The notes under the pieces were generated by a model. It saw only the letters and a list, made by a program, of their open reading frames with translations. It was not told where the DNA came from and ran no database searches. Shown piece after piece: positions 20,085-28,643 of a DNA stretch of 64,000 bases. Each line of letters starts with the position of its first letter. Positions within the stretch are counted from its first letter, which is position 1. The DNA is taken from the IMG/VR virus record IMGVR_UViG_3300025840_005100. One strand, given 5' to 3'. Source of the DNA: an uncultured virus (IMG/VR IMGVR_UViG_3300025840_005100) (lineage: Duplodnaviria > Heunggongvirae > Uroviricota > Caudoviricetes). Position numbers and translations under genes: made by a program.

Positions 20085-20883
20085 AAAAACCCTCGATTTT
20101 ATTAAATCTAAAACTTCATTTTCACCTAAGATTGGAATTGTCTTAGGAAGTGGATTAGGTAGTGCAGTAAAAAATATTAAAATAGAAACATCTATACCAT
20201 ACGAAGAGATACCTGGTTTTTTAAAACCAACAATAAAAGGTCATAGTGGTAATTTAATTTTTGGATATATGAGTGGTAAGCCTGTTGTGGCTATGCAAGG
20301 AAGAAATCATTACTACGAAGGACATACAATGAAAGAGATTACCTATCCAATAATAATTATGAAAATGTTAGGGATTCATACTTTAATTACATCAAATGCT
20401 ACTGGTGGAATGAAAGAAGATATGGAGATAGGTGATATAATGTTTGTAAATGACCAAATAAATATGATGGGAGACAATCCACTATTGGGTGAAAATGATG
20501 ATACACTTGGTCCAAGATTTTTAGATGTAAGTAAAATATATGATAGAGCAATGATATCTCATGCAAAGAAGTTCTCATTTAATAATGATATAAAAGTACA
20601 TGAAGGTGTTTTAACCGCTTTATCAGGTCCTACATATGAAACTCCTGCAGAATATAAGTGGTTACGAATTATTGGAGCAGATGCCGTTGGTATGTCAACT
20701 ATACCTGAAATGTTAGTAGCAAAACACATGGGATTGAAATGTTTTGCAATGTCTTTAATTACAGATTTAGGTATAATTGGTAAAATTGTTGAAATATCTC
20801 ATGAGGAAGTTATAAAAGAAGCTTCTATTGCGGAACCAAAAATGATTTCAATTCTTGAAGATTTAGTTAAAAATTTTGCATGA
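20074..20883 (+). CDS. punA: purine-nucleoside phosphorylase (trimeric type)
   Basis: VLGSGLG; GRNHYYEG; TSNATGG; GPTYETPAE; GADAVGMSTIPE; HEEV. Confidence 0.93.
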   Translation: MNYKKTLDFIKSKTSFSPKIGIVLGSGLGSAVKNIKIETSIPYEEIPGFLKPTIKGHSGNLIFGYMSGKPVVAMQGRNHYYEGHTMKEITYPIIIMKMLGIHTLITSNATGGMKEDMEIGDIMFVNDQINMMGDNPLLGENDDTLGPRFLDVSKIYDRAMISHAKKFSFNNDIKVHEGVLTALSGPTYETPAEYKWLRIIGADAVGMSTIPEMLVAKHMGLKCFAMSLITDLGIIGKIVEISHEEVIKEASIAEPKMISILEDLVKNFA

Positions 20884-21257
20884 AAAAATTATTTTTAAAT
20901 TGGGATGTAATTGAAAATCTTGTTATAGATTTATCAAATAAAATAGACACTTCAAAATATAAAGGAATATTTGGAGTACCAAGGGGAGGATTAATACCTG
21001 CTGTTTTGTTATCACATAGAACTGAAATAAAAATGGTTGATTATATTGATGATACTGTTTTAGTAGTGGATGATATTGTAGATACTGGTGAAACTTTGAA
21101 AGATATTACAAATGATATTGTTTGCTTACATAAAAAATTTCATTCAAAAAAAGAACCAATGTTATATGGAAATCTTGTTGATAACGATATTTGGATTGTT
21201 TATCCATGGGAACTAGAAGATTCTAAAGAAAAAAGAGACAAAACATTTGGAAATTAA
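20880..21257 (+). CDS. type I phosphoribosyltransferase (xanthine/guanine PRT-like)
   Basis: GVPRGGLIPA; VVDDIVDTGET; WIVYPWE. Confidence 0.9.
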   Translation: MKKLFLNWDVIENLVIDLSNKIDTSKYKGIFGVPRGGLIPAVLLSHRTEIKMVDYIDDTVLVVDDIVDTGETLKDITNDIVCLHKKFHSKKEPMLYGNLVDNDIWIVYPWELEDSKEKRDKTFGN

Positions 21258-21277
21258 AAATATTTTTCTTATATTTG
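21246..21277 (+). promoter_or_regulatory. Bacteroidota sigma-A-type promoter (probably leaderless transcript)
   Basis: TTTG-N20-TATATTTG with the ATG only 4 nt downstream. Confidence 0.75.
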
Positions 21278-21281
21278 TACT

Positions 21282-21974
21282 ATGAAATTATTATGGCAAC
21301 AAATACCATCTACTGAGGTAACTAAAATTTATTGTAATTCTAATTGTGATGGTATCGTTTTAGACACAGAACATGGAGTTTTCAATAATGAAACTTTATT
21401 TACTCTTATCCAACTCATAAACACAAGTGGTAAGAAATCTTTTGTAAGAGTAACAGAACCAAACAAAACTTTCGTAAGAATGTTATTGGATAGTGGAGTA
21501 AGTGGATTGATATTCTCAACACTTGATGTTCTACAAATATCTGATATTAGAAATTGGTGCTTGTTTCCACCTTATGGAAAACGAGGTCAAGGTTTAGTTT
21601 CAGAAAACGATTGGGGTGATAAACCATTACAAGAAAATAAAGTGATACTTGTTGCCCAAATAGAAAATCACCATAGTATCAACCAACTTGATTTTATCAA
21701 AGGTTCAGACCTTTTTGATTATTATTTATTAGGACCTTACGATTTAACTGCAGATTTAGGGTGTGTTGGTGATTGGAATAATAAAAGTTATATACTTAAT
21801 ATAACAAAGTTTAATGAAACTATACCTCAAGAAAAACGAGGTGTTCATTTAGTTTCAAATATAGAAGAAGAATATAAACAAAAATTTAAAGATTATGGGT
21901 TCGTTGCAGTTGGAATGGATACCACTATTATTAAAAGAGAAATAAATAAATTAGAACAATTATGGCAGGATTAA
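21282..21974 (+). CDS. HpcH/HpaI-family class II pyruvate aldolase
   Basis: LDTEHG; LDSG; PPYGKRG; AQIE; GPYDL. Confidence 0.88.
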   Translation: MKLLWQQIPSTEVTKIYCNSNCDGIVLDTEHGVFNNETLFTLIQLINTSGKKSFVRVTEPNKTFVRMLLDSGVSGLIFSTLDVLQISDIRNWCLFPPYGKRGQGLVSENDWGDKPLQENKVILVAQIENHHSINQLDFIKGSDLFDYYLLGPYDLTADLGCVGDWNNKSYILNITKFNETIPQEKRGVHLVSNIEEEYKQKFKDYGFVAVGMDTTIIKREINKLEQLWQD

Positions 21975-22942
21975 ATTTCGAAAACATTGGTGATAAATTT
22001 TTAGAAGTAACCAATACAAAAGAATGGATTGAATTACAAGAAAAATTCAATGATTGTGTTGATATCTTTATATTAGGTCATGGTGGTAACTTAGGAGTTG
22101 CTGACCATGCAGCAGTTGATATCTCACGATTATCAAATGGAACAAAGAATGCACAGGCACCTGGTAGTGGTATTGTAGCAACATCTTTAATCAATGATTC
22201 ATCTTTTGATGATTGGATGGTACATTGGTTAAGACAAAGAACAGTATCAGCAACACAAGAACAATTAAACAAAACTTTGGTACTTGGTATTTCTTCAAGT
22301 GGTAAATCAGTAGATATTATCAAAGCATTAGAAGATGGACAATCAAGAGGAATGCAAGTAGCAATGATTACTTCTTATCCTATTCCTGCAAAAGTAGAAT
22401 CATTGACTGAAGTTGTATTGGGTGCTGAATATTATCACACTGCTGAAGTTCTTACTTTACTCTTAACTTATGAACTTACTCATGGTAGTGGAAAAGTTTG
22501 TCCTCCTATTTTCCAAAACTCACCTGAGGATTTAGAATTATTAAATAGACAAGGTGGTGCTGCGGCTACAAGAAAACATTCTTATCCTGATGAGTTGGTA
22601 AACATCGGTGTAGATTTCGATGGTGTGATTCATAAGAACTCAAAAGGTTATCACGATGGAACTGTTTATGATGAACCAGTAGATGGTGCAAGGGAAGCCC
22701 TACAAAAATTATCTGAAAAATATACTGTTATTCTTTATACTGCAAAAGCAAGAAAAGATAGAGGATTGGTAAATGGTAGAAGTGGAACACAATTGATTTG
22801 GGATTGGTTAAAAGAACACGATTTAAATCAGTATGTATCAAAAGTAACCGCAGAAAAACCAAGAGCAGTTGCATACATTGATGATAAAGGAATTAAGTTT
22901 GATAATTGGGATAACGTATTATCACAAATTGATTTAGATTGA
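21962..22942 (+). CDS. SIS-domain sugar-phosphate isomerase fused to a HAD phosphatase
   Basis: GHGGN…ADH, ISSSGKS (GmhA-like SIS); C-terminal VDFDGVIH…KP…YIDDK. Confidence 0.85.
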   Translation: MAGLNFENIGDKFLEVTNTKEWIELQEKFNDCVDIFILGHGGNLGVADHAAVDISRLSNGTKNAQAPGSGIVATSLINDSSFDDWMVHWLRQRTVSATQEQLNKTLVLGISSSGKSVDIIKALEDGQSRGMQVAMITSYPIPAKVESLTEVVLGAEYYHTAEVLTLLLTYELTHGSGKVCPPIFQNSPEDLELLNRQGGAAATRKHSYPDELVNIGVDFDGVIHKNSKGYHDGTVYDEPVDGAREALQKLSEKYTVILYTAKARKDRGLVNGRSGTQLIWDWLKEHDLNQYVSKVTAEKPRAVAYIDDKGIKFDNWDNVLSQIDLD

Positions 22943-23832
22943 AAATTGTAATATCAATATTTTGTTTACCTTATGAAATTGATGAGTTAGAAACTACACT
23001 CAATCAACTTCGTAGAGCATATTATTATTTGAGTGATAAAAATGAATGGTATTTGGATGTAACTATGTGTACATCTGATGATATGGTTAATTGGAAAAAA
23101 TCATCTTTACCAAAATCTTATTTTGAAGATAAACTTTTAAAACTAAGCTCACAATCAGATTGGTGTGTAAAATACTTTAGAAGTTCTTCCAAAATATTAG
23201 GTTGTGTTTCTCAAAGAAGAGCATCTATTTTACAACATAAAGACGCTGATTATTTTATTTGGTTAGATACTGATATTATATTTGAAGAAAGAACTCTTTC
23301 TTATTTAGAAAATACACTTCAACCTGTATTAGATATAACTCCTATGAATATTATAACACCAGAACTTGTTAGAATTTGGGATAATACTTGGGATTGTTTG
23401 GTAAACGAAAATTTTATAGATAAAAAAGTTGGATATCAAAAGTTAGCAGACCCATACAAAGATAGTGGTATCAAAGGAGATGTTGGTATAGAAAGAGTAG
23501 AAAATACTATATCCTCACAATCTCGATTTAAGTTTGCAGGAGGATGGTTCACTTGTATAAGTGGTAGGTTACTTAGAAGAATTGGAATACCTGAATCATT
23601 TGGACACTATGGATATGAAGATACATTTATAATGGTTGCTGCTGAAAAATTATTAAGAGAAGGAAAAGAAGATATCCAACAATTTAAACTTAAAAATGTA
23701 GTAGTTTGTGAAAATTATAAATACAGAAACAATTCACATTATTTAAATAACATATCTGTTTATGATAGAAGAAAACAATTTAAACAGATATCAGAATCCA
23801 ATTTTATGAAAGAATTGGAAAAAATAAATTAA
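22939..23832 (+). CDS. putative GT-A glycosyltransferase
   Basis: WLDTD DxD motif; GHYGYEDTF. Confidence 0.6.
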   Translation: MKIVISIFCLPYEIDELETTLNQLRRAYYYLSDKNEWYLDVTMCTSDDMVNWKKSSLPKSYFEDKLLKLSSQSDWCVKYFRSSSKILGCVSQRRASILQHKDADYFIWLDTDIIFEERTLSYLENTLQPVLDITPMNIITPELVRIWDNTWDCLVNENFIDKKVGYQKLADPYKDSGIKGDVGIERVENTISSQSRFKFAGGWFTCISGRLLRRIGIPESFGHYGYEDTFIMVAAEKLLREGKEDIQQFKLKNVVVCENYKYRNNSHYLNNISVYDRRKQFKQISESNFMKELEKIN

Positions 23833-23836
23833 CATT

Positions 23837-23861
23837 AAAACCCACGAAAGTGGGTTTTTTT
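23837..23861 (+). terminator. rho-independent terminator (possibly bidirectional)
   Basis: AAAACCCAC-GAAA-GTGGGTTTTTTT. Confidence 0.9.
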
Positions 23862-23875
23862 ATTAAACCTCATCA

Positions 23876-23883
23876 TATTTATA
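23876..23883 (+). promoter_or_regulatory. TATTTATA promoter-like element heading the exported-protein operon
   Basis: Octamer just after the terminator. Confidence 0.55.
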
Positions 23884-23985
23884 AAGGAATATGTTATAGA
23901 AACTTGTTACTTCATTAGTTTCAAAAATTAGTTTTATTTATCGGTTTCGCAAATAAGTTATGGTAATCTAAAAAAGGAGATTACT

Positions 23986-24486
23986 TTGAAAACTTTTGCA
24001 CAGAGAATCTTGTTAGGGTTGTCGTTGATGTTGTTACTTTCTTCATCTTCCTCAAACTTTGAACAAGATAATTTTATTTCAATCGGTGAGATAACCAACG
24101 AAATTCGAGTTGGACCTTTCGCGGGCAACCCTTCTATGGCCTACGGAGTTCGAAACATACTCGAAGAACTACTCTTAGACTTAGACTACGATTTATCGGA
24201 TAACGCAGAAAGAAAAATCAACGTAAGGTTGGTATTTTTCGATATAACTAATATTGGTAAATCCATAGGGGTTTATCACAACAAGGTTTCACAAACACAG
24301 ATTATAGCAATCGGTGAACTTCAAATTGGGAACAAAGTAAAGAAACGAACTACTAAAAAAGGTGTTAGTAAGGAAATCTCTACGTCTACTCTCGTGGTTG
24401 CATCAGATGGACAATTTAATCAACAAACCGCTTCGAACGCATTGAAGAAGGTTTTAGTAGAAATCGTGGAGGATTTACTTAAATGA
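23986..24486 (+). CDS. exported protein, possibly CsgG/LptE-like alpha-beta fold
   Basis: Signal peptide; TTG start with AGGAG SD; strand-helix pattern ending ALKKVLVEIVEDLL. Confidence 0.6.
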   Translation: MKTFAQRILLGLSLMLLLSSSSSNFEQDNFISIGEITNEIRVGPFAGNPSMAYGVRNILEELLLDLDYDLSDNAERKINVRLVFFDITNIGKSIGVYHNKVSQTQIIAIGELQIGNKVKKRTTKKGVSKEISTSTLVVASDGQFNQQTASNALKKVLVEIVEDLLK

Positions 24487-26135
24487 AAAAATTATTAACA
24501 TTATTATTCATATTCTTTGTAGGGAATATCTTTGCACAAGATATGAAATTAGACCATTCGTACATTAATCCAGCTGGCTTTGTAGTTGGTGATACGATTA
24601 CGGTGAAGTTTTACACATTGGATGAGAATTCAGCACTACCAACTTTGGTACAGTATGATTTCCAATGGAACAACAAACTATTAGAATTTATCGATTACAC
24701 TTGGAAAGTAACCGGTAATGGAACTAACTCAACTGCACAAACTGCATGGACTAGTTGGACAGGATATACATTCAATGGAGATACAGGATATGATGCATCA
24801 TATTTGACAACTCAATATGATTCATGGAATGCTGGTGGTGCTTCTTATTCATATGATGCAGATTGGAATGTGGGTAGAATCACAATTCAAGATGCAGTTG
24901 CAATTGAACACAATGATACCCATATTGAAGTTAGATTTTCAATCAAAAACATTAACTCAACTAACTATACAGATTACTCAGAAACTACAAAACTGAATTG
25001 GGCAAGAGCAGAAGATAACTCAACTGGTACTGTTTACGATGTAGATGGTATGACAATGTCGATTGATTTAGGAAATGTATCTGTACCAACTGATGGTGGA
25101 GTAACTATTAAAGTAGATGTACCACACTCAAATAAATCAGATATGGGATATTCTATTTACCACAATACTCAGTTAGATGAAACAAATGGATATCCAAAAG
25201 AAGGAGAACTACCTGAATTTAGTGGTAAATTTGATGCAAATGGAGAAGTGGTATTCAATAATTTATACCAAGATGAAGAATATTGGATTAGTATCTACGC
25301 TGATAAAGGAACAGACCAATGGTTAGATAATGTAATCACAGTAACAGATGTTTACAAAATCTTCCAATACTCATTAGATACTGATATCAATGGTGGTGGT
25401 AACTCTTGGGAATACTACATTCAAAGTATTTTGGCTGAAGTTACCAATGACCAAACAGTAGATTTTGATGACTCATATGAATTATTAGCACACATCAATG
25501 GTGTAACAACATCGGGCAACGTTACCTCTGATGCAAATGGTGCTTTTAACCTAAGTGGACTTTTAACTACATTTGGTGATGACAAAGCACCATTTAACCA
25601 TACTATAAAACCAACTGCTAATCAATCAGTATTCACTTTTGGACATGGTTTAAGAGGTGATGTTGATTTTTCACACTCTACAATACCAACATCGACTGAT
25701 TCAAAAGTTGGTGGTGCTAATACAACTGCTAAAACTTCTACTCAAGAAATTTTAATGAGTAGAGCGGTAGAACAAGCAAATTTGGATATTTCATCTCGTT
25801 TAGAAGGAGGAAAAGTATTAGTAGATATCTCAACTACAAAAGCAGGAATGGTTGGAGTACAATTCAACATTTCTTTTGATGATACAATGTTAGAGTTGGA
25901 TGATATTATCTACGATACAGGAAACGAAATGACAAACTTTGGTAACGTAAAAGGAAACAAAGTATCATTTGGTTCATTAGATTACAAAGGAGATGTTTCA
26001 GTTAAGACTGGTACACCTTACAAACTAATCTTTACCCCAAAACAACAACTGACAAACACAGCAGGTTTAGTTACATTCAAAATCACAGAAGGTGTGAAAC
26101 AAGATGGAACTAAAGTAAAACTGAATATACAATAA
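24483..26135 (+). CDS. exported protein with cohesin-like, dockerin-like and cohesin-like modules
   Basis: Signal peptide; VGDTITVKF…QYDFQWNNKLLEF; EVTNDQTVDFDDSYELL; GDVDFSHS; GVQFNISFDDTMLEL. Confidence 0.65.
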   Translation: MKKLLTLLFIFFVGNIFAQDMKLDHSYINPAGFVVGDTITVKFYTLDENSALPTLVQYDFQWNNKLLEFIDYTWKVTGNGTNSTAQTAWTSWTGYTFNGDTGYDASYLTTQYDSWNAGGASYSYDADWNVGRITIQDAVAIEHNDTHIEVRFSIKNINSTNYTDYSETTKLNWARAEDNSTGTVYDVDGMTMSIDLGNVSVPTDGGVTIKVDVPHSNKSDMGYSIYHNTQLDETNGYPKEGELPEFSGKFDANGEVVFNNLYQDEEYWISIYADKGTDQWLDNVITVTDVYKIFQYSLDTDINGGGNSWEYYIQSILAEVTNDQTVDFDDSYELLAHINGVTTSGNVTSDANGAFNLSGLLTTFGDDKAPFNHTIKPTANQSVFTFGHGLRGDVDFSHSTIPTSTDSKVGGANTTAKTSTQEILMSRAVEQANLDISSRLEGGKVLVDISTTKAGMVGVQFNISFDDTMLELDDIIYDTGNEMTNFGNVKGNKVSFGSLDYKGDVSVKTGTPYKLIFTPKQQLTNTAGLVTFKITEGVKQDGTKVKLNIQ

Positions 26136-26144
26136 GGAGAAAAA

Positions 26145-26513
26145 ATGAAAAACTTAAAATATACTTTATTACTGTTACTGATGTTTGGATGTACCAAAGA
26201 TATGGATTTCGTTGGACCAATGTCATTAGTACCAGAAAATCTAAAGATTGAAGAACCAGTAGGATTAAAATTAGAATCAATTTTTACTACTAACCAAGTT
26301 TCAATCAACGTAAAGTTACCCGAAGATGGAACTTATAGATTAAAAATTAGAAATATAGATAATACTCTTATTTCACAAGAAAGATTGAGTGCAAAGGAAG
26401 GTGATAACTTACTTTCCATTTATACAAAAAATTTAGGTAAATCTTCTTTTACAGTAGAATTAACAACAGATAATCATACTGTTTTAGGAAGAGCGGTTTT
26501 CGTTAATCAATAA
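26145..26513 (+). CDS. lipoprotein with a T9SS-CTD-like Ig domain
   Basis: LMFG-C lipobox; TTNQVSINVKL…YRLKIRNIDNTLI…GDN..SIYTKNL. Confidence 0.65.
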   Translation: MKNLKYTLLLLLMFGCTKDMDFVGPMSLVPENLKIEEPVGLKLESIFTTNQVSINVKLPEDGTYRLKIRNIDNTLISQERLSAKEGDNLLSIYTKNLGKSSFTVELTTDNHTVLGRAVFVNQ

Positions 26514-26524
26514 GGAAAGAAAAA

Positions 26525-27049
26525 ATGAAAAAAGTTTTATTGTTATTAGGATTTTTGTTAACACTATCGTGTGCAAATCCTTCGATGGAAAGAGGATTGG
26601 AATCTTTAAATGATTCTTTGGAACAATTAGAAATTGGTATTGATGCTTTGGGTATTCCTCAAATGATTGATGATTTAGATTCAATGAATGTGATGGTAGG
26701 TCAGTTAATCGTAGATGTTGAAGAATATTCTGCTCAAATGGAAGAATTTAATGCTAAGGTATTGGAGATTAAAGATAGATTAGAAGCTATGTTAATTACA
26801 GTACAAGGTGTTACTGAAGAAGTAGATGGGATGATTGTAACAACTGGTGGGTTGGCAACAACAGAACAAATGCAAAATTTACTTTCTCAAGTACAAGAAT
26901 TCCAACAAGGTGTTGATATCTTAGTTGCAATTGCAGACTATGATTACGATGGAGTTCAAAACGCATTAGATAAGTGTCCTGATACACCATTATCAGAAAT
27001 AAATAACGTTAATTCAGATGGGTGTTCCCCATCACAATTGGGAGATTAA
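26525..27049 (+). CDS. coiled-coil lipoprotein with thrombospondin type-3 Ca-binding repeat
   Basis: TLS-C lipobox; heptad region; DYDYDGVQNALDKCPDTP…DGC. Confidence 0.75.
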   Translation: MKKVLLLLGFLLTLSCANPSMERGLESLNDSLEQLEIGIDALGIPQMIDDLDSMNVMVGQLIVDVEEYSAQMEEFNAKVLEIKDRLEAMLITVQGVTEEVDGMIVTTGGLATTEQMQNLLSQVQEFQQGVDILVAIADYDYDGVQNALDKCPDTPLSEINNVNSDGCSPSQLGD

Positions 27050-27052
27050 AAA

Positions 27053-27367
27053 ATGAGTGAAGAACAACAAGGTGGGTTTTTCTCACAACTAAAAAACCAA
27101 GTTATCGCAGGAACAGGAGTAATCCTTACTGGTCTTGGTGGATTGTTTATGGATGAAGTAAAATCATTCATTGGTATCGCAGATGAAGAAGAAGGTGGTG
27201 CTAAAACTGAAGTGGTTCAAGAAAATAACCAATCACAATCAGTAAATGTAACTGGTCCTGAAATCATCATCAACATACCAGAACAAAAACCAGCAGAAAC
27301 AAGAACTATTATCAAAGAAGTTCCTGCAAAGAAGAAAAAAGAAAAAGAAGAGGAAATAGATTGGTAA
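27053..27367 (+). CDS. single-TM hypothetical protein
   Basis: VIAGTGVILTGLGGLF segment; charged tail. Confidence 0.7.
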   Translation: MSEEQQGGFFSQLKNQVIAGTGVILTGLGGLFMDEVKSFIGIADEEEGGAKTEVVQENNQSQSVNVTGPEIIINIPEQKPAETRTIIKEVPAKKKKEKEEEIDW

Positions 27368-27368
27368 T

Positions 27369-27698
27369 ATGAGTGAAGAACAAGAAAAAAAGTATCTACA
27401 CGAAGCCGATACAAATGGTGATGGTGTAGTATCTGAAGAAGAACACAAAATGTATCTTGAGTTTAAGAGAAAAGAACTCGATGACCAAGATGCAATGAGA
27501 GATGCACAAAGAAAGATGGCATGGTTTGCTATGTTTGGTATGTTACTTTACCCATTTGCGGTAGTACTTGCCGATTTAGTAGGTTTAGACCAAGCATCAC
27601 AAATTCTTGGTGATATGGCAGCAACCTACTTTGTATCAGTTGCAGCAATCGTAGCAGCATTCTTTGGAACACAAGCATATCAAAAAAACAAACAATAA
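27369..27698 (+). CDS. EF-hand, two-TM membrane protein
   Basis: DTNGDGVVSEEE canonical EF-hand loop; two hydrophobic helices. Confidence 0.75.
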   Translation: MSEEQEKKYLHEADTNGDGVVSEEEHKMYLEFKRKELDDQDAMRDAQRKMAWFAMFGMLLYPFAVVLADLVGLDQASQILGDMAATYFVSVAAIVAAFFGTQAYQKNKQ

Positions 27699-27705
27699 GT
27701 TAATA

Positions 27706-27726
27706 TAAAGGAGAAATAGATTATGG
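27706..27726 (+). repeat. 21-nt translation-initiation region identical to 41093-41113
   Basis: TAAAGGAGAAATAGATTATGG at both sites. Confidence 0.85.
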
Positions 27727-27917
27727 AAACGTTAAACACGATTTTTACAGAAAAGTTATCAGATTACAAAGTAGTTGATATTGTTTTAAAAACATGGATT
27801 GCTGGTTTGATGACATTAGTTGTTTTAGGTTTTGTATCACTTGGATGGGGAATTATATCCGGTGAAGCAGATATTCAAAACGCAACATTTGGTATCTTTG
27901 ATACGTTAGGAAGTTAA
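27723..27917 (+). CDS. small membrane protein
   Basis: One TM helix; strong SD. Confidence 0.7.
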   Translation: METLNTIFTEKLSDYKVVDIVLKTWIAGLMTLVVLGFVSLGWGIISGEADIQNATFGIFDTLGS

Positions 27918-27919
27918 TT

Positions 27920-28633
27920 ATGAAAAAAATATTATTGTTAGGTTTACTTCTGATGGGGGTAAACTCTTACGCACAAATAGGAGAAATTAAAGCAGAAGAA
28001 TATGTAGCAGAATTCGAGAAGAAAAAATCAATCGATGATGTTTCAGATTATTATGGTGATATGTTACCAGTAGCTTTACTCAACGTTGGTATCTCTGATG
28101 ATTTATATGAGATGTATCCAGAATTGAGAGATGGTAGAGTAGGTTTAGGTCTTACCAACATCGTAATAGAATACTTAGATTGGACAAATAGATTTGAGTT
28201 TGTAGAAGAAAAATCTGAGATTAAAGATAGAATGAAATCACAATGGGTTGCATCAAGAAAAGGTGTTTCAGAAAACCAAGTTTATGGAATGGGTAAAATC
28301 AAGTTAGCAGAATATTTTGTTACAATTGAAATATATGATTTCTCTGTTTCAGAGGATGAGGTTTTATCACTTAAAGATGGTTCTAAACAAACACAAACAA
28401 CTCGTTTAGGTTTACAAGTAAGGTTTACTAATGCAGAGAATGGTACATACTTCGTAGGTTCAGGTCTTGGTGATGCTAAGACCGTTAAAACCCAAGAGGG
28501 TTTGCTGGGATTAGATTTAGATGAAATCAAATTCAGACAATCAGCGATAGGGGTATCTACCAGAAAAGCATTGGAAACCGCTTCTGCACGAATCGTAGCT
28601 AGAATGATTCGTAAGGGTATATTTGAGAATTAG
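27920..28633 (+). CDS. CsgG/HfaB-family exported protein
   Basis: Signal peptide; GLGLTNIVIEYL..TNRFEFVE; GKIKLAEYFVT.EIYDF; LGLQVRFTNAENG. Confidence 0.8.
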   Translation: MKKILLLGLLLMGVNSYAQIGEIKAEEYVAEFEKKKSIDDVSDYYGDMLPVALLNVGISDDLYEMYPELRDGRVGLGLTNIVIEYLDWTNRFEFVEEKSEIKDRMKSQWVASRKGVSENQVYGMGKIKLAEYFVTIEIYDFSVSEDEVLSLKDGSKQTQTTRLGLQVRFTNAENGTYFVGSGLGDAKTVKTQEGLLGLDLDEIKFRQSAIGVSTRKALETASARIVARMIRKGIFEN

Positions 28634-28643
28634 GAGGTAGTTT

